From the NCBI GenBank assembly GCA_963842695.1, contig CAWJHK010000004.1:28420-92419 (forward strand): a stretch of 64,000 bases of DNA, in the 5' to 3' direction. A model generated the notes under the pieces. That model saw only the letters and a program-made list of their open reading frames with translations. It did not search any database and was not told the origin of the DNA. This stretch comes from an uncultured Chloroflexia bacterium (GTDB lineage: Bacteria > Chloroflexota > Limnocylindria > Limnocylindrales > CSP1-4). This document shows positions 54,474 through 62,838 of this stretch, piece after piece (position 1 is the first letter of the stretch; every line of letters starts with the position of its first letter). Both the position numbers and the translations under genes were made by a program.

Positions 54474-55118
54474 TCATGCCGGCATCGGCCGCAGGATCGA
54501 TCGTTCCGTCATTGCGTTGAGCCGGTCCGCGATCACCTCGACCGGCAGGCCGCTGCCCCCGAACAGCTCGTCGAATGACGCGAAGCTCGACAGGACGATC
54601 AGGATGTCGGTCGCCTCCTCGATCGACACGTCGTCACGGAGGTAGCCCTGCTCCGAAAGCCGGCGGGCGAGGTCCGCCTGGCCCCAGCGACGGCCACTCT
54701 CGAGCCCGTCGACGGCCTTGACCGCGTCCGGGTCGACCGTGCGGAGCACGTACAGCGCCCGTGAGACGTCCGGCATCTTCGCGTACATCTCGACCGCGAC
54801 CCGCTGGGCGGAGATGAGTGCCTCGCGCGCGTCGGGCTTGCTGAAGGCCGCGGAAAGGCGGTCGAAGCCCGACTCCTGCGCGACCTCACGCGCGAGCGAA
54901 TCGATGAGACCCGCTCGCGACCCGTACAGCAGGTAGACGGTCGAGCGCGACACCCCCGCGTCGCGGGCGACCTCCTCGACCTTGAGCGCGCCGAGCGGGC
55001 CGCGCTGGAGGCTCGCTCGAGCGGCGTCCAGGATCCGCTGCTTCGTGTCCTCGGAGGAGGTCGCGCGGGCGCGTTGCACATAGCGACGTTTGTCCATGTT
55101 GACAGCATCGTACTTCAT
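54474..55118 (-). CDS. TetR family transcriptional regulator (intact; alternative start at 55097)
   Basis: HTH TKQRILDAARASLQRGPLGALKVEEVARDAGVSRSTVYLLYGSRAGLI. Divergent from the FAD monooxygenase. Confidence 0.9.
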   Translation of the reverse strand: MKYDAVNMDKRRYVQRARATSSEDTKQRILDAARASLQRGPLGALKVEEVARDAGVSRSTVYLLYGSRAGLIDSLAREVAQESGFDRLSAAFSKPDAREALISAQRVAVEMYAKMPDVSRALYVLRTVDPDAVKAVDGLESGRRWGQADLARRLSEQGYLRDDVSIEEATDILIVLSSFASFDELFGGSGLPVEVIADRLNAMTERSILRPMPA

Positions 55119-55152
55119 CGGACACTATGTCCGACATCGGACACTCTGTCCG
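55119..55152. promoter_or_regulatory. two tandem 15-bp perfect-arm palindromes (CGGACA-N3-TGTCCG), candidate TetR operators
   Basis: CGGACActaTGTCCG at 55119-55133 and CGGACActcTGTCCG at 55138-55152. Each sits in a 19-bp direct repeat, catCGGACACTnTGTCCGa. AGGAG lies 9 nt before the monooxygenase ATG at 55175. Confidence 0.6.
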
Positions 55153-55174
55153 ACGAAAGTAGGAGCATCGAGGG

Positions 55175-56743
55175 ATGGACATCATCGACACCCGACCCAC
55201 CGCATCGACCCTCGACGTGCCGGTGCTCGTCGTCGGCGCGGGCCCCGCCGGGCTCATCACCGCGATCGGCCTGGCGCGCCACGGGGTGCGCTCGCTGGTC
55301 ATCGAGCGCCACGCATCCACCTCGATCTTCCCGCGCGCGACCGGCGTGAGCGTTCGGTCGATGGAGATCTTCCGCGGATGGGGGATCGACACGGACATCA
55401 CGGCGGACGGCTTGCGGGTCAAGGCCGTCGGCGCGAACGTGACGACCCTCGCGGATCCACCGACGGCCGAGATCGCGCTCGGGTACTCGGACGAGATCGC
55501 GGCCTCGGGGATCAGCCCGGCGTCCGCGGCCATCAGCCCGCAGGACCGCATCGAGCCCGTCCTCGTCGAGCACTACCGGTCGCTCGGCATGGGCGAGATC
55601 CGCTTCTCGACCGAGATCGTGGCCTTCGAGCAGGATCCGGCCGGGGTGACCGCCACGATCCGGGATCGGGTCACGGGGTCGGTCGCGACCGTGCGCTCGC
55701 GCTATCTCGTCGGAGCCGACGGCCATCGCAGCACGGTCCGCGATCTGGCGGGCATCTCGATGCAGGGGCCGGGCGATCTCGGCCAGTACCTCAGCATCCT
55801 GTTCCGCGCCGACCTCGACGACGTTCTCGGCGAGACCCGCTACGGCCTGTACATGCTGCCCGGGCCGGCCGGTCCCGACGGTCCGCCGCGGGTCGTCGTC
55901 CCGAGCGGCGCGGACGACCGCTACGTCCTGGGGATCCCGCTGCCGCCCGGCATGCCGCAGCCGGCGATCGATGCCGCGTTCTCCGTGGAACGCTCCATCG
56001 AGCTCGTCCGCGAGGCAGCCGGCCGCCCGGACCTCGAGGTCGAGATCGTGGCGACCAACGCGTTCGCCTTCTCGGCCCAGGTCGCGGACCGCATGCGCGA
56101 GGGTCGGGTCTTCCTCGTCGGCGACTCGGCCCACCGGATGACGCCCCGAGGCGGCCGGGGCATGAACACGGCCATCGCCGACGCCTTCGACCTCGGCTGG
56201 AAGCTGGCCTGGGTCTGCCGGGGCATCGCCGGCGAGGCGCTCCTCGACACATACGAGGCCGAGCGCGCTCCGATCGGACGTCGCAACGTCGAGCTGTCGA
56301 TGGTGCCCGGCGGCGGGTCGGACGACGGCCTGGCAGAGGAGGGGTTCGTGCCGAGCGCCCGTCCCGGTGCCCGTGCCCCGCACGCGTGGCTGGCGATCGG
56401 TGAGGAGCGTCTCTCGACGCTCGATCTCTTCGGGCGCGAGCTCGTGCTGCTGACCACCGGCGACGGCGCGGCGTGGCGCGCGGCAGCGGAGGTCGTCGCC
56501 GCCGAGGCGCCCGGACTCCCGGTCCGTGTCCGCGCGGTCGGCCGGTGGCTGCGCGACGCCGACGGGACGTTCGCGGAGCGCTACGGCCTCGACGAGGGCG
56601 GTGCCGTGCTCGTGCGGCCCGACGGGATCGTCGCCTGGCACTCGCCGACCGCGCCGGAGCACCCGGCCGCCGCCCTGCGAAACGTGATCGACGTAACGCT
56701 CGGCCGTGCGACGGCGTCAGGCGAACAGAAGGAGGCGGCGTGA
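55175..56743 (+). CDS. FAD-binding aromatic-ring monooxygenase, PheA/TfdB-type group A flavoprotein hydroxylase (intact)
   Basis: VPVLVVGAGPAGLITAIGLARHGVRSLVIER, YLVGADGHRSTVRD, RVFLVGDSAHRMTPRGGRGMNTAIADAFDLGWKLAWV, plus a C-terminal thioredoxin-like domain (LLTTGDG...AVLVRPDGIVAW). Confidence 0.9.
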   Translation: MDIIDTRPTASTLDVPVLVVGAGPAGLITAIGLARHGVRSLVIERHASTSIFPRATGVSVRSMEIFRGWGIDTDITADGLRVKAVGANVTTLADPPTAEIALGYSDEIAASGISPASAAISPQDRIEPVLVEHYRSLGMGEIRFSTEIVAFEQDPAGVTATIRDRVTGSVATVRSRYLVGADGHRSTVRDLAGISMQGPGDLGQYLSILFRADLDDVLGETRYGLYMLPGPAGPDGPPRVVVPSGADDRYVLGIPLPPGMPQPAIDAAFSVERSIELVREAAGRPDLEVEIVATNAFAFSAQVADRMREGRVFLVGDSAHRMTPRGGRGMNTAIADAFDLGWKLAWVCRGIAGEALLDTYEAERAPIGRRNVELSMVPGGGSDDGLAEEGFVPSARPGARAPHAWLAIGEERLSTLDLFGRELVLLTTGDGAAWRAAAEVVAAEAPGLPVRVRAVGRWLRDADGTFAERYGLDEGGAVLVRPDGIVAWHSPTAPEHPAAALRNVIDVTLGRATASGEQKEAA

Positions 56744-56817
56744 TGCGAAGGACGTGGCTGACGACCCTGTGGACGGCCATCGGGTACCTGAGCTGGGGCT
56801 GGCGGATCCCGGTCTGA
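56743..56817 (+). CDS. candidate 24-codon Trp-rich hydrophobic micro-ORF coupled to the monooxygenase stop
   Basis: The ATG shares a base with the upstream TGA (TGATG). It encodes MRRTWLTTLWTAIGYLSWGWRIPV*. 22 of the 23 codons after the ATG end in G/C. No homology evidence. Confidence 0.35.
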   Translation: MRRTWLTTLWTAIGYLSWGWRIPV

Positions 56818-56832
56818 GGGATCGGCCCCGGA

Positions 56833-58045
56833 TCAACCTTCGGCGGGAAGCGCGATGACGAAGCGCGACCCGCCGAACCCGTTCGGCTCGAGGAAGACCC
56901 GGCCGCCCATCGCGTGCATCAGCCGGCGGGCCGCGAACAGCCCGATCCCGGAGCCGCGGCTCCGGCCGCGACCCCCGATCCGGACGAACGGCTCGAAGAC
57001 GCTCTCCCAGTCCTCGATCGGGACGCCCGGCCCGTCGTCGGTGACGTAGACCTGGATGTCGTCGCCGACCCGCCAGATGCCGATGCTCACCCCCTCGCCC
57101 GACGGCGCGTACTTCGACTCGTTGTCGAGGAGCTGCTCGAGGACCTGGCGGAACCGGGTCTCGTCACCGATCGCGACGAGCGGCCCGGCCGGTCGGTCCC
57201 AGCGGATCGGCCGAGGGCGAAGGATCAGCCGCAGCGTCTCGACCGTCTCGTCGACCGCCTGGACCGCCTCGAACGGGGCGCGCGACAGCCCGGTCAGACC
57301 CTCGCCGCGGACCGACGCCAGGATCGAGTCGACCAGGCGATCGAGGCGGCCGAGCTGGTCGATGGCGGCGTCGTGCCAGTCGCCCGCGTCGGGCTCCGCC
57401 GTCGCCGCGGCCTCGCCCAGCAGGTCGACGTAGACCCGCACCACCGACAACGGCGTCCGCAGCTCGTGGGTCACGACGCTCAGCAGCTCGGCCCGGGCGG
57501 CATCGAGGGCGGTCAGCTGGACGAGCCTGGCCTCGACCTCGGCCGTCAGCCGGCCCTTCTCGACGATGCCGGCGAGGAGCGCCGCGATCGTCTGCAGGAA
57601 GGCGATCTCGTCGGGCTGGAACTGGCGGGCGGCCCGGGTCTGGACGTTCAGGACGCCGACCACCTCGTCGTGCCAGACCAGCGGCACCGACAGCATCGCG
57701 GTGAGGCCCTCGATGTCGAAGCCACGGACCCAGCTGAAGCGCTCGTCCTTCGTCACGTCGACGGTCGCGATCGGCGTCCGCGACGCGGCCACCCGGCCGG
57801 TGATGCCCGTCCCCCATGGCAGGCTGACCTTGCCGACCTGCGTCCGGTCGAGCCCGTTCGTGGCGGCCAGCGTCAGGCGCGTCTTCTCGTGGTCGGCGAG
57901 GTAGAACGAGCAGACCTCGACGCCCATCGCGATCGTCGTGCCGTCGACGATCGAGCGCATCAGCTCGTCCCAGTCGCGCGCCAGCGTGGCGAGCTGGGCG
58001 ATCTCGTGGAGGAAGGCGAGGTCGGCCAGCCGGCGATCGGTCGTC
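56833..58045 (-). CDS. cytoplasmic GAF-domain sensor histidine kinase (start codon unresolved; ORF-track ATG at 57960 truncates the GAF domain)
   Basis: GAF: CSFYLADHEKTRLTLAATNGL...GTGITGRVAASRTPIATVDV...MLSVPLVWHDEVVGVLNV. H-box LLSVVTHELRTPLS. N-box LLDNESKYAP. G-boxes VTDDGPGV and GSGIGLFAARRL. The in-frame upstream extension LADLAFLHEIAQLATLARDWDEL reaches the stop of the upstream gene. Confidence 0.85.
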
Positions 58046-58053
58046 GGCGTCGG

Positions 58054-58767
58054 TCAGCCCTCCGAGAGTGCCGGGATCTCGTCCCGCAAGGCGATGAGGT
58101 CCGAGTCGCCCGGCGCGAACCCGCGCAGGTCCTGCTCGGCCGGCAACGCGAGCCGGAGGAGCGCCCGGGCCTCGTCGAGACGGCCGGCGAGCGCGTGGTA
58201 GCAGGCCAGGTTGTAACGGGCGAACGCCTCGGCCCGAGGCGGCCAGCCACCCCGGTCGATGACCTCCTGGACCTGCTCGGCCAGCTCGGCCACGGCCTGT
58301 CCGCTCCCGAACCGGTCGGCGACCGAGCCGGCATGGATGATCGTGTGCTCGGCACCGTTGCCCATGATCGAGCTGATCGTCCGGGCGTCCTGGAGCGTGG
58401 CGTGGTCCGCAGCCTCGACCGCGGCGATCAGGTCGTCGGCGGTCGCTTCGGCGTCGTTGCGCACCCGGTCCCACGGCCAGTCCGCGCGCTCCGCATGGAT
58501 GACGGCATTCCGCGCGTCGGTCTCGCCGCCGTCCTCGGGCTCGGTCCGGCCCTCGCGGATCGCCGTGAGCCGGTCCGACATGTGGCGCCGCCACGACCCG
58601 AGGTGCGCCTGGACATCCTTGGGCGACCATTCATCGTCGGCCGGCGGCGTGTCGCGCTCGGCGGGATCGAGCGCGTCGAACACCGTCCGCTCGGTCGCCC
58701 GCGCGGCCCGAAGCGTGTCGACGAGTGCGCGCCGGAAGTCGGTGGTGGTGGCGTCGGTCTCCGTCAT
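58054..58767 (-). CDS. DinB/MDMPI_N-like four-helix-bundle domain protein with a TPR-like C-terminus (intact)
   Basis: WSPKDVQAHLGSWRRHMSDRL...GAEHTIIHAGSV is DinB-like with His ligands. C-terminus AFARYNLACYHALAGRLDEARALLRLAL...DSDLIALRDE. Family call is tentative. Confidence 0.5.
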   Translation of the reverse strand: MTETDATTTDFRRALVDTLRAARATERTVFDALDPAERDTPPADDEWSPKDVQAHLGSWRRHMSDRLTAIREGRTEPEDGGETDARNAVIHAERADWPWDRVRNDAEATADDLIAAVEAADHATLQDARTISSIMGNGAEHTIIHAGSVADRFGSGQAVAELAEQVQEVIDRGGWPPRAEAFARYNLACYHALAGRLDEARALLRLALPAEQDLRGFAPGDSDLIALRDEIPALSEG

Positions 58768-58839
58768 GCGCGAAGCGTACCGTCCACGACACCCTCGAGG
58801 ACCGCCGGCCAGGACGAGAGCGGCAGGCGCAGTCCGCGC

Positions 58840-60123
58840 TCAGACTCCCGCTGGCTCCGGGTCGGCGATCGTGGTCGGCAGCGTGTCGAGCAGTGGATCG
58901 GTCCAGGTCCAGGCGGCGCCGTGGTGCTTGCCGACCGCGCCGTGGCGTGCGGCCTCGACCCGCAGCGGGAGCCCGAAGATCTCGATGAAGCCGACGGCCG
59001 AGGCGTGGTCGAACGCGTCGCCCTCGTCGTAGGTGGCGAGGCTCTTGTCGTACAGCGACAACGGGGAGCGGCGACCGACGACCACCGCCGAGCCGTGGTC
59101 GAGCCGCAAGCGGACGTCGCCCGACACGACTCGCTGCGACGACGCGGTGTAGGCCCGCAGGTCGCGGGACAGCGCGCTGAACCACAGGCCGTCGTAGACC
59201 AGCCGGGCCAGCTCGTCGGCGACGAAGTGGTTGAAGCGGAGCGTGTCGCGGGTGAGCGTCAGCCCCTCGAGCGCCAGGTGCGCGGCGTGCAGGATCGTCG
59301 CCGCCGGCGCCTCGTAGATCTCGCGGCTCTTGATCCCGACCAGGCGGTCCTCGACGTGGTCGATGCGCCCGACGCCGTGCCTGCCGCCGAGCTCATGGAG
59401 GCGCTCGACGAGGGCCACGGGGTCGAGCCGCTCCCCGTCGATCGAGACGGGGACGCCGCCCTCGAAGGCGATCGTGATCTCGATGGGGTCGGGCGCGTCA
59501 GCCGGCGCGACCGTCCACTCGAACGCGTCGGCCGGCGGCGTGACCCAGGGATCCTCGAGGACCCCGGTCTCGCACGAGCGGCCCCACAGGTTGACGTCGA
59601 TCGAGTAGGGCGACGCCTTGGTGATCGGGATCTCGATCCCGCGCTCGGCGGCGTAGTCGATCTCCTGGTCGCGCGTCAGCCCCATCCCGACGCGCATCGG
59701 GGCGACGACCTCGAGCCCCGGATCGAGGGCATGGGTCGCGACGTCGAAGCGGACCTGGTCGTTGCCCTTGCCCGTGCAGCCGTGGGCGACCGCGTCGGCG
59801 CCCTCCTTGTGGGCGACCTCGACGAGGAGCTGCGCGATGAGCGGCCGGGCGAGCGCGGTGGCCAGCGGGTAGGCGCCCTGGTAGATGGCGTTGGCCTGGA
59901 GGTGCGGCCAGACGAAGTCGGTGATGAACCGCTCGCGGGCATCGACCACGTAGGCGCGCGAGGCACCGGCCGACATCGCGCGCCGCTCGACACCGGGTCG
60001 CAGCGAGCCGCCGCCGAGATCGACGGTCAGGGTCACGACCTCGGTATCGAACTGCTCGCGCAGCCATGCCACGGCGACGGACGTGTCGAGACCGCCCGAA
60101 TAGGCGAGGACGACCTTCTTCAC
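58840..60123 (-). CDS. argG: argininosuccinate synthase (intact)
   Basis: GTG start. VVLAYSGGLDTSVAVAWL, AHGCTGKGNDQVRF, SIDVNLWGRS, GVGRIDHVEDRLVGIKSREIYE (tail of ORF 58840..60687). GTGA overlap with the argR stop. Confidence 0.95.
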   Translation of the reverse strand: MKKVVLAYSGGLDTSVAVAWLREQFDTEVVTLTVDLGGGSLRPGVERRAMSAGASRAYVVDARERFITDFVWPHLQANAIYQGAYPLATALARPLIAQLLVEVAHKEGADAVAHGCTGKGNDQVRFDVATHALDPGLEVVAPMRVGMGLTRDQEIDYAAERGIEIPITKASPYSIDVNLWGRSCETGVLEDPWVTPPADAFEWTVAPADAPDPIEITIAFEGGVPVSIDGERLDPVALVERLHELGGRHGVGRIDHVEDRLVGIKSREIYEAPAATILHAAHLALEGLTLTRDTLRFNHFVADELARLVYDGLWFSALSRDLRAYTASSQRVVSGDVRLRLDHGSAVVVGRRSPLSLYDKSLATYDEGDAFDHASAVGFIEIFGLPLRVEAARHGAVGKHHGAAWTWTDPLLDTLPTTIADPEPAGV

Positions 60124-60680
60124 GGGACTCTCGAACCTCCGGACTGTGCCTGGATTGCGCGGAACCGATCGAGCCAGCGCTCGAGGCGTGGCTCGTCGGC
60201 GAACAGGACGAGCAGGGTGTTGTCGCCGGCGAGCGTCCCCTCCTGCTCCTGGAGCGAGGACTCGTCGATCGCCTGGGCGATGACGCTGGCCGTGCCGGGC
60301 GTCCCGGTCAGCACGAGGATCAGGCCGCTCCGGCCGATGGTGACCGGGATGTCGCCGAGGATCCGCCGGAGCCGTTCGTTCGAGGCGACCGGGCCGGACG
60401 GAGCGGGCACCAGGGTCGGGGCGACGTAGACGTGGCCGCCGGGCGCCGGCGCCTTGACCAGCCCGAGCTCGGTGATGTCGCGCGAGACGGTGGCCTGCGT
60501 GACGGCGAAGCCCTGCTCCCCGAGCGCGTCGACCACCTCGCGCTGCGAGCCGATCGGTCGCGACGCGATGAGGTCGCGGATGGCGCGCTGTCGCTGGACC
60601 TTGGCGTCGTGGCCGTTGGCCGTCGCGGGCACCGCGGCGATCGGCACGGTCGAGGTGCTCGGTGCGGCAGGTGCGGTCAT
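60120..60680 (-). CDS. argR: arginine repressor (intact)
   Basis: RQRAIRDLIASRPIGSQREVVDALGEQGFAVTQATVSRDITELGLVK, plus an oligomerisation domain with GTLAGDNTLLV (GTxAGDDT-like). ATGA overlap with the argB stop. Confidence 0.9.
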   Translation of the reverse strand: MTAPAAPSTSTVPIAAVPATANGHDAKVQRQRAIRDLIASRPIGSQREVVDALGEQGFAVTQATVSRDITELGLVKAPAPGGHVYVAPTLVPAPSGPVASNERLRRILGDIPVTIGRSGLILVLTGTPGTASVIAQAIDESSLQEQEGTLAGDNTLLVLFADEPRLERWLDRFRAIQAQSGGSRVP

Positions 60681-61465
60681 GCGGCACCCACCTGGGCCGT
60701 CCGGCTGGCCGTGATCCGCGTCCCGAACGTCGGGTCGGACAGGGCCCGCGAGAGGGCGTTCGGGGCCGACGAGTCGGCGATGATCGCCTCGGCCCCGTCC
60801 CAGCCGAGCGCCCCCAGCGCGGCCCGGACCTTGGGCACCATCCCGCCCGCGATGACCCCGGTCTCGATGAGGGTCTCGGCCTCGCCCGCGGTCAACGCAT
60901 CGAGCCGCGCGCCATCGGCGTCGCGGACTCCGTCGACGTCGGTCAGGAGCACGAGCTGGCGGGCACCGACCCCGGCCGCGATCCCGGCCGCGGCGTCGTC
61001 GGCGTTGACGTTGCAGACGATCCCGTCCGCGTCGCGGGCGAGTGGCGCGACGACCGGGACCTGGCCGCCGACGAGGATCGCGTCGAGCAGGTCGCGGCGA
61101 AGACCGACCACGCTCGCCACGAGCCCGAGCTCGGGGATCCGCTCGGCGATGAGCAGCCCGCCGTCGACGCCCGACAGCCCGACGGCATCGACGCCGAGGT
61201 CGCGGAGACCGGACACCAGCTCGCTGTTGACCACTCCCCGGAGAACCGCCGCGGCCACCTCGAGCGACTGGGCGTCGGTGACCCGCAGTCCACCTTCGAA
61301 CTTGCTCTGGACGCCGAGCCGGTCGAGCCATTCGGTGATCCGTTTGCCGCCGCCGTGCACGATGACCACGGGACGTTGTCGCGCGACCGCGGCCACTTCC
61401 CCGAGGACCTGCGACTGCTCCGCGATCGTCGTGCCGCCGAGCTTGACGACGAGCACCTCGCTCAT
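60677..61465 (-). CDS. argB: acetylglutamate kinase (intact)
   Basis: VVKLGGTTI, VVIVHGGGKRI, GLRVTD, NVNADDAAAGIAAGVGARQLVLLTDVDGV, GGMVPKV. Confidence 0.95.
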   Translation of the reverse strand: MSEVLVVKLGGTTIAEQSQVLGEVAAVARQRPVVIVHGGGKRITEWLDRLGVQSKFEGGLRVTDAQSLEVAAAVLRGVVNSELVSGLRDLGVDAVGLSGVDGGLLIAERIPELGLVASVVGLRRDLLDAILVGGQVPVVAPLARDADGIVCNVNADDAAAGIAAGVGARQLVLLTDVDGVRDADGARLDALTAGEAETLIETGVIAGGMVPKVRAALGALGWDGAEAIIADSSAPNALSRALSDPTFGTRITASRTAQVGAA

Positions 61466-62838
61466 GTCGTGTACTCCGAGTTCTCGATCACGTACGCCTC
61501 GGTGAGATCGCAGCCGAACGCCTCGCCGGACCCGTTGCCCTGGCCGAGGTCGAGCGCGATGACGACCTCGGGCGAGTCCATCGCGGCCCGGGCCGCCGAC
61601 CGGTCGAACGCGAGCGGGCCTCCCTGGGAGCCATCGAAGACCGCATGGCCGCCGATCCAGATCCGGAGCGTCGCGGGGTCGAGTGCGACCGGGGAGCCGG
61701 CACGAACCGTGGCCTCCGCGGGCGACAGGCCGGCAGCCTCGAGAACGGCCGCGTCGGCCAGCGTGGCATTCCCGGCGGCGCCGGCGACCCGCCCCCAGTT
61801 GGGGTCACGTCCGTGCGCCGCGGCCTTGACCAGGCTCGATGACACGACGGCCCGCGCGACCGCCCGAGCGTCCGCGTCGTCCCGTGCGCCGGTGGCGACC
61901 GCGGTGATCAACGTCGCTGCGCCCTCGCCATCGGCCGCCTGCTGGCGGGCCAGATCGCGGGCCACGGCTTCGAGGGCACCTGCGAGGACGTCGGCAGCCG
62001 GGGAGCCGGCCCCCACCGGTGCAGCTGCCGACGCCCCCGAGGCAAGGGTGAAGACCGTGTCGTTGGTGCTCGTGTCGCCGTCGACAGAGAGCTGGTTCCA
62101 GGTCCGGGCTGCAACCGGTCGGAGCAGGCCCCAGAGCGCGGCAGGCTCGATCGCGGCGTCGGTCAGGACGACGGCCAGCATCGTGGCCATCCGCGGATGG
62201 ATCATGCCGACGCCCTTGGCGATGCCGCTGACCCGAACGGTGACGGCCCGGCCGTCCGGGTCGTTCAGCAAGACGGTCGTCGTCGCCACCTTCACGACCG
62301 AGTCGGTGGTGCGCAGCGCCTCGGCCATGGCCGCGAGACCGTCGTCGGTGCCGGCCAGCTTCGGCAGGAGCGCCGCGAGCCCGGCGCGGACCTTGTCGAG
62401 CGGCAGCCGCGTGCCGATGATCCCGGTCGACAGGTGGAGGGTGTGCGCGACCGGCACGCCGGTCGCCTCCGCGAGCATCGAACCGATCGCCGCCTGGTCG
62501 TCGTCGCCCGCCGCGCCCGTGGCCGCGTTCGCCGAGCCGCTCGTCGAGATCACGACCTCGGCCGTCCCGTAGCGTCCCCGCGGGTCGCCGGACGTGGCCG
62601 CGAGATGGGCCTGCGACAGGCGAACGGGCGCGGCCGCGAACGCGTTCGGCGTGAAGACAGCCGCCGCGGCGACCGGACCGACCGTCGATCGCACGACGGC
62701 CAGGTCCGGTCGCCCGGAGGCCTTGATCCCGACCGCCATCCCCCCAGCCGCAAAGCCGGCCGGCATGACGGGTCGTCGCTCGACTGGTGGGAGGTCCGTC
62801 GAGGACGCCGGGACGGTGGGTTCGGACAGGGTGGTCAT
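61462..62838 (-). CDS. argJ: bifunctional glutamate N-acetyltransferase / amino-acid acetyltransferase (intact)
   Basis: AAGGMAVGIKASGRPDLAVV, autoprocessing site GMIHPRMATMLAVVLTDA, SVDGDTSTNDTV, DPNWGRV, CDLTEAYVIENSEYTT* (tail of ORF 61462..63978). Confidence 0.95.
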   Translation of the reverse strand: MTTLSEPTVPASSTDLPPVERRPVMPAGFAAGGMAVGIKASGRPDLAVVRSTVGPVAAAAVFTPNAFAAAPVRLSQAHLAATSGDPRGRYGTAEVVISTSGSANAATGAAGDDDQAAIGSMLAEATGVPVAHTLHLSTGIIGTRLPLDKVRAGLAALLPKLAGTDDGLAAMAEALRTTDSVVKVATTTVLLNDPDGRAVTVRVSGIAKGVGMIHPRMATMLAVVLTDAAIEPAALWGLLRPVAARTWNQLSVDGDTSTNDTVFTLASGASAAAPVGAGSPAADVLAGALEAVARDLARQQAADGEGAATLITAVATGARDDADARAVARAVVSSSLVKAAAHGRDPNWGRVAGAAGNATLADAAVLEAAGLSPAEATVRAGSPVALDPATLRIWIGGHAVFDGSQGGPLAFDRSAARAAMDSPEVVIALDLGQGNGSGEAFGCDLTEAYVIENSEYTT

